Shown: piece after piece, positions 58,896-64,000 of the stretch
How positions within the stretch are numbered: the stretch's first letter is position 1
Layout: every line of letters starts with the position of its first letter
Source: Myxococcota bacterium
Lineage (GTDB): Bacteria; Myxococcota_A; UBA9042; PHBI01; JAWLBL01
Length of the DNA: 64,000 nucleotides
Assembly (NCBI GenBank): GCA_041687695.1
Contig: JAWLBL010000019.1
Location: 110,685 to 174,684, forward strand
Direction: 5' to 3'
Translations under genes and position numbers: made by a program
The notes under the pieces: model-generated
Databases searched by the model: none
Seen by the model: only the letters and a program-made list of their open reading frames with translations
What the model was told of the DNA's origin: nothing

Positions 58896-59743
58896 CGGCG
58901 CCCCCGCCCAGCCTCGGCCGCGCCTGCGGCAAGGTCATCCTGCTGGGCGAGCACTTCGTCGTGCACGGCGCGCCGGCGCTGGCGGTGCCGCTGACGGCGC
59001 GGCAGGTCGAGCTGCGCCTGGGGCGCGCGCCGGGCGCCTGGGACGTGCCCGAGGCGGCGCGCCCGGCCCTGAGCGAGATGCTGCGCCACGAGGGGGTCGA
59101 CCCGCAGGCGGTCACCCTGGCGCTGTCGACCACGCTGCCGCTGGGGGCGGGGCTGGGCGGTTCGGCGGCGCTGGCGGTCGCGCTGGTGCGAGCGCTGGGC
59201 GAGGACGATCCCGCGCGGGTGAACGCGCGGGCCCACGCCCTGGAGCGGCTGGCCCACGGCACGCCCAGCGGCATCGACGACACGGTGGTGACCTGGCAGC
59301 GGCCGGTCTGGTTCCAGCGGGGCCAGGCGCCCGAGCCCTTCGAGGCGCCGTTGCCGCCGCTGTGGCTGGCGGTGGTCCCGCGCGAGGGCACGACCCGGCA
59401 GGCGGTCGCCAGCGTGGCCCGCTTCGCCCAGGCGAGCCCCGATCGCTTCGCCCAGCTGGCCGCGCGCGCCGCTCGGCTGGCCCACGATGGGCGGCGGGCC
59501 CTGCTGGCGGCCGACTTCGCCGCGCTGGGGGCCGCGATGGCCGACAACCAGGCGCTGCTGGCCGAGATCGGCGTCAGCTCGCCCGCGCTCGACCGGCTGA
59601 TCGCCGCCGCGACGGCCGCCGGGGCGGCCTGCAAGCTGACCGGCGCGGGCCTGGGGGGGGCGGTCGTGGCGCTGGCCCCGCCCGAGGTCGACCTGCAACC
59701 CGTCTTCGAGGCCGCCGGCGCCCGCGAGGTGATCCGCCCATGA
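58892..59743 (+). CDS. mvk: Mevalonate kinase
   Basis: GKVILLGEHFVVHG, PLGAGLGGSAA, HGTPSGID, KLTGAGLGG. Confidence 0.9.
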   Translation: MTAPPPSLGRACGKVILLGEHFVVHGAPALAVPLTARQVELRLGRAPGAWDVPEAARPALSEMLRHEGVDPQAVTLALSTTLPLGAGLGGSAALAVALVRALGEDDPARVNARAHALERLAHGTPSGIDDTVVTWQRPVWFQRGQAPEPFEAPLPPLWLAVVPREGTTRQAVASVARFAQASPDRFAQLAARAARLAHDGRRALLAADFAALGAAMADNQALLAEIGVSSPALDRLIAAATAAGAACKLTGAGLGGAVVALAPPEVDLQPVFEAAGAREVIRP

Positions 59744-60753
59744 CCGTCGCCACCGCGAGCCTGGTGCTCGATCGCGCCGTCACCGCGCGCGCCCACGTCA
59801 ACATCGCCCTCATCAAGTACTGGGGCAAGGCGCCCGCGCGGCGACCCGAGGACGCGAACCTGCCGGCGGTGCCCAGCCTGTCGCTGACCCTGGACGCGCT
59901 GTACACCGAGAGCCGGGTCCGCTTCGCCCCCGACGCCCGCGCCGATCGGGTGGTCCTGGACGGCCGCGAGCTGCAGGGCAAGGAGCTGTCGCGCGCGGTC
60001 GCCGTGCTGGATCGCGTGCGGGCCCTGGCCGAGCTCGCCGCGCCCTTCGAGGTCGACAGCGTCAACCACGTCCCCACCGCCGCCGGGCTGGCTTCGTCCG
60101 CCTCGGGCATGGCCGCGCTGGCCGCCGCCGCTGCGCGCGCCGCCGGCATCGTCGACCCGACCACCGTCAGCGCCCTGGCCCGCATCGGCTCGGGCAGCGC
60201 GGCCCGCAGCGTCTTCGGCGGCTGGGTCGCCTGGGACGGCCCCGCGGCGCGCCCCGTCGCGCCGGTCGACCACTGGGATCTGGCCCTGCTGGTCGCGGTG
60301 GTGGACGCCGGGCCCAAGGCCATCGGCTCGCGCGACGCGATGAACCACACGGCGCGCACCTCGCCCTACTACGGCGAGTGGGTGCAGCAGGCCGGCGCGA
60401 CCTTCGACGCCGGCTGCGCCGCGGTCGCCGCGCGCGACTTCGAGGCGCTGGTGCGGGCGATGGAGGTCTCGACGATGCGCATGCACGCCTCGGCGATGGC
60501 CGCCGACCCGCCGGTCCTGTACTGGCAGGCGGCCTCGGTCGGGCTGATGCGGGTGGTCGAGCGGCTGCGCGCCGACGGCGTCCCGTGCGGCTGGACCATG
60601 GACGCCGGCCCGAACGTCAAGGTGCTCTGCCCGGCCTCGGCGGTGGAAACCGTCCGCGCGGCGCTTGCGGCCGCCCCCGGGGTGGAGCGAATAATTGTGT
60701 CACGACCCGGGCCCGCGGTATGGGTGGAGCCCGGCCCCATGGAGGCGAAATGA
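59740..60753 (+). CDS. mvaD: Diphosphomevalonate decarboxylase
   Basis: NIALIKYWGK, PTAAGLASSASG, GSGSA.RS, TMDAGPNVKV. Confidence 0.93.
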   Translation: MTVATASLVLDRAVTARAHVNIALIKYWGKAPARRPEDANLPAVPSLSLTLDALYTESRVRFAPDARADRVVLDGRELQGKELSRAVAVLDRVRALAELAAPFEVDSVNHVPTAAGLASSASGMAALAAAAARAAGIVDPTTVSALARIGSGSAARSVFGGWVAWDGPAARPVAPVDHWDLALLVAVVDAGPKAIGSRDAMNHTARTSPYYGEWVQQAGATFDAGCAAVAARDFEALVRAMEVSTMRMHASAMAADPPVLYWQAASVGLMRVVERLRADGVPCGWTMDAGPNVKVLCPASAVETVRAALAAAPGVERIIVSRPGPAVWVEPGPMEAK

Positions 60754-61727
60754 TTCGAGCCAGCGCGCCCGGCAAGCTGATGCTGGCCGGCGAGTACACC
60801 GTCGCCGACCCGGGCGGGCCCGCGCTCGCGGTGGCGATCGACGTGCGCGCGGTGGTGACCGTCGAGCCCGGCCCCAGCAGCAGCGGCGGCTGGCGGGTCA
60901 CGTCGCCGGCCCTGTCGCTGGTCGAGGGTGACCCCGAGGAGGCGCCGGTCATCGCGGCCGCGCTGGCGCGCGTGCCGGGGCTGCCCGAGGGCGGGCTCAT
61001 CCACGTCGACAGCGATCTGGGCCTGGGCCGGACCAAGCCGGGCCTGGGGGCGTCGGCGGCGGTGTGCGTCGCGGTCCTGGGCGCGCTCAAGCGCGCGGCC
61101 GGCGTGGTCGAGCCGCCCAGCGTGTGGGACGTGGTCGCCGCCCACACCGAGGCGCAGCACGGAAAGGGCAGCGGCTATGACGCGGCCACCGCGCTGACCG
61201 GCGGGGTGGTCCTGTTCGACTCGACCGGGCCCGAGCCGAGCGTGCAGCAGGTCGGCTGGCCCGAGGGGCTGCACGCGGCGGTGCTGTTCACCGGGTCGGG
61301 CGCGTCCAGCACGCACCTGCTGCAGCGGGTGGCCCACTGGAAGGCCGCCAGCCCGGGGCCGATGGCCGTCCACCGCGATCGCATGGTCGAGGCGGCGCGC
61401 GCCCTGGTCGCCGCCTGGCAGCGGGGCGACGTGGGGGCGATCCTGGACGCGGCGGCCAACGCGCAAGAGGCGCTGACCCTGTTCGACCGGGCGGGCGGCA
61501 TCGGCATCCGCGCCGGGCGGCACGCCGAGCTGCTGGCGGCCATCGAGGACGCGGGCGCGGCGGCGCGGACGGCGGGCGCGGGCGGGGGCGACTGCGCGTG
61601 GGCGCTGTCGGACGACCCCGAGCGGCTCGAGGCGGCGGTGGCGGCGGCCGAGGCGCTGGGGTTCCAGCGGCTGGACCTGCGGTGGCCGGCCGAGGGGTTG
61701 CGGGTCGAGACGGCGGACGCCGACTGA
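60750..61727 (+). CDS. Phosphomevalonate kinase
   Basis: APGKLMLAGEY, KPGLGASAA, GSGYD, GAGGGDC. Confidence 0.85.
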   Translation: MIRASAPGKLMLAGEYTVADPGGPALAVAIDVRAVVTVEPGPSSSGGWRVTSPALSLVEGDPEEAPVIAAALARVPGLPEGGLIHVDSDLGLGRTKPGLGASAAVCVAVLGALKRAAGVVEPPSVWDVVAAHTEAQHGKGSGYDAATALTGGVVLFDSTGPEPSVQQVGWPEGLHAAVLFTGSGASSTHLLQRVAHWKAASPGPMAVHRDRMVEAARALVAAWQRGDVGAILDAAANAQEALTLFDRAGGIGIRAGRHAELLAAIEDAGAAARTAGAGGGDCAWALSDDPERLEAAVAAAEALGFQRLDLRWPAEGLRVETADAD

Positions 61728-61734
61728 GTCACCG

Positions 61735-62712
61735 ATGGTGTTAGCACTCGATGAGGCCAGGGCGCGCTGGGGTGAGGCGCTCGACGCTCAGCTCACCCTG
61801 GCGACCGCCGGGGACGATCTGATCGCGCGCATGGTGGCCTATCACCTGGGCACGGGGGGCAAGCGGCTGCGCGGGCTGCTGCCGGCGTGGATCGCGGCGA
61901 ACCTGGGCGGGCGCGGCGAGGACGCGCTGGCGCTGGGGGCCGGGCTCGAGCTGCTGCACAACGCGACGCTGGTGCACGACGACGTGCAGGACGGCGACCC
62001 GGTGCGGCGCGGCCAGCCGACGGTGTGGCGGCGCTGGGGCGTGGCGCAGGCCATCAACGCCGGGGACGCGCTGTACTTCACGGCGATGCGGGTGATGCTG
62101 GTGGCGCCGGCGGGGCCTGCGTTGATGGCGGCGACGGCCGCGGCGATGGGCCGGGTCATCCTGGGGCAGGCGATGGAGTTCCAGCTGCAGCGGCCGCCCG
62201 AGGCGCCCGAGGCGATGGCGCCGTCGCTGGCCGCGTGGGAGCGGATGGCGCGCGGCAAGACGGGGGCGCTCATCGGGCTGTGCTTCCGGGCCGGGGCGGC
62301 GACGGCGCTGGCCGACGAGGCGACCACCGAGGCGTTGGCCGCGTGGGGCGAGGAGCTGGGCCTGCTGTTCCAGATCCAGGACGACTACCTGGACCTGGTC
62401 GGTGACAAGGGGCGCGATCTCCGGGGCAGCGATCTGGCCGAGGGCAAGCTGTCGTTCCCGGTGGTGTGGGCGCTGGACCACGCGCCGGCGGCGGCGCGCG
62501 AGCGGCTGGAGGCCATCCTGCGGCGGCCGCGGGCGGAGACCAGCGCCGAGAACGTCGCCGAGGGGCTGGCCCTGCTCGAGGGCGCAGGCGCGCTGGAGGC
62601 GACCGCCCAGCGGCTGCGGGACATGCGCGACGCGGCGGCGGCTCATCCGCTGTCGCACGTCGTGCCGGGCCTGGCCGAGCGGTTCCTGGCGCCGGTGGCG
62701 CACGCGCTGTAG
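61735..62712 (+). CDS. Polyprenyl diphosphate synthase
   Basis: GGKRLR, LVHDDVQD, RRG, GKTG, FQIQDDYLD. Confidence 0.92.
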   Translation: MVLALDEARARWGEALDAQLTLATAGDDLIARMVAYHLGTGGKRLRGLLPAWIAANLGGRGEDALALGAGLELLHNATLVHDDVQDGDPVRRGQPTVWRRWGVAQAINAGDALYFTAMRVMLVAPAGPALMAATAAAMGRVILGQAMEFQLQRPPEAPEAMAPSLAAWERMARGKTGALIGLCFRAGAATALADEATTEALAAWGEELGLLFQIQDDYLDLVGDKGRDLRGSDLAEGKLSFPVVWALDHAPAAARERLEAILRRPRAETSAENVAEGLALLEGAGALEATAQRLRDMRDAAAAHPLSHVVPGLAERFLAPVAHAL

Positions 62713-62714
62713 GC

Positions 62715-63100
62715 GGCGATCCCAGGTCGGGGCCGGCTGGAAGCCGGCGATCCCAGGGGGGGCTGGTCGCGCTGGTGGAGTGCCCGCGCTCGCGCGGGCT
62801 CGCTGGATCGCGCCGCTTGCGGCGCCCCGAACCGTGGCCGAACAGCCGGCTGGAAGCCGGCGATCCCAGGGGGGCTGGTCGCGCTGGTGGAGTGCCCGCG
62901 CTCGCGCGGGCTCGCTGGATCGCGCCGCTTGCGGCGCCCCGAACCGTGGGCCGATCAGCCGGCTGGAAGCCGGCGATCCCAGGGGGGCTGGTCGCGCTGG
63001 TGGAGTGCCCGCGCTCGCGCGGGCTCGCTGGATCGCGCCGCTTGCGGCGCCCCGAACCGTGGGCCGATCAGCCGGCTGGAAGCCGGCGATCCCAGGCTGG
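62715..63100. repeat. Three tandem 113-bp REP-like units
   Basis: CTGGAAGCCGGCGATCCCAG at 62737, 62850, 62963, 63076. Confidence 0.9.
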
Positions 63101-63199
63101 GGCCGGCGCGGCTCCGGACTGCACGAGCTCGCTCGTGCTCGTGGGTCGCGCAGCTCGCTGCGCGCGATGTCCTGTGTTTTCAACCGGTTTGGCATTGGG

Positions 63200-64000
63200 G
63201 CCGGCTGGAAGCCGGCGATCCCAGGCTGGGGCCGGCTGGAAGAGGGTGTCGTGTTGATGCCGGCGGAGGCGGCCTTGGAGTGCTCCGGCTTGCCGGAGCC
63301 CCGGCCCCGGCGGCTTGCCGCCGGGAGCTGGCCGCCAAACCCGGCGCAGCAAGCTGCGCCGGATGGGGGCTCCACCAAGGTGGAGCACTCCGGTTGGCCT
63401 TCTGTGACAGCGCCTGGAAGCCGGCGATCCCAGGCTGGGGCCGGCTGGAAGAGGGTGTCGTGTTGATGCCGGCGGAGGCGGCCTTGGAGTGCTCCGGCTT
63501 GCCGGAGCCCCGGCCCCGGCGGCTTGCCGCCGGGAGCTGGCCGCCAAACCCGGCGCAGCAAGCTGCGCCGGATGGGGGCTCCACCAAGGTGGAGCACTCC
63601 GGTTGGCCTTCTGTGACAGCGCCTGGAAGCCGGCGATCCCAGGCTGGGGCCGGCAGGAAGAGGGTGTCGTGTTGATGCCGGCGGAGGCGGCCTTGGAGTG
63701 CTCCGGCTTGCCGGAGCCCCGGCCCCGGCGGCTTGCCGCCGGGATCTGGCCGCAAACCCGGCGCAGCAAGCTGCGCCGGATGGGGGCTCCACCAAGGTGG
63801 AGCACTCCGGTTGGCCTTCTGTGACAGCGCCTGGAAGCCGGCGATCCCAGGCTGGGGCCGGCAGGAAGAGGGTGTCGTGTTGATGCCGGCGGAGGCGGCC
63901 TTGGAGTGCTCCGGCTTGCCGGAGCCCCGGCCCCGGCGGCTTGCCGCCGGGATCTGGCCGCAAACCCGGCGCAGCAAGCTGCGCCGGATGGGGGCTCCAC
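63200..64000. repeat. About 3.8 tandem 208-209-bp palindromic REP-like units, running off the window
   Basis: Units start at 63205, 63414, 63623, 63831. Confidence 0.9.

Overview
High-GC window, probably from a Myxococcota-type genome (Ser/Thr kinase with PEGA domain, MYXO-CTERM-like protease, lower mevalonate operon). Positions ~1-33,032 are the right-hand part of a siphovirus-like prophage; its left end lies outside the window. It carries cargo genes including an Eco29kI-family nuclease, an iteron origin with a Rep/HTH gene, terminase, portal, capsid and tail genes, small membrane/lipoproteins, two DUF4145 paralogues and a large serine recombinase. The prophage is inserted inside host recA: only the recA 3' half (from codons [13 protein letters not shown]) follows the junction, and the integrase stop codon lies in the recA DNA. 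The host side holds ssb, an aldehyde dehydrogenase, kinase/PEGA genes, a matrixin protease, smpB, NrdR-box-regulated nrdJ, a radical SAM gene, hemH, an alpha-amylase, fni-mvk-mvaD-pmk-polyprenyl synthase and several repeat arrays. Most unusual signals: (1) the prophage holds a ~170-nt copy of the host nrdJ promoter/leader (51 nt identical) heading a ~600-nt hairpin-rich non-coding stretch and a 28-aa hydrophobic ORF; (2) recA is the integration target; (3) a covarying two-hairpin motif precedes terL, capsid and tail-tube genes; (4) CCGCGG appears absent from the prophage. All calls are by eye, without database searches.
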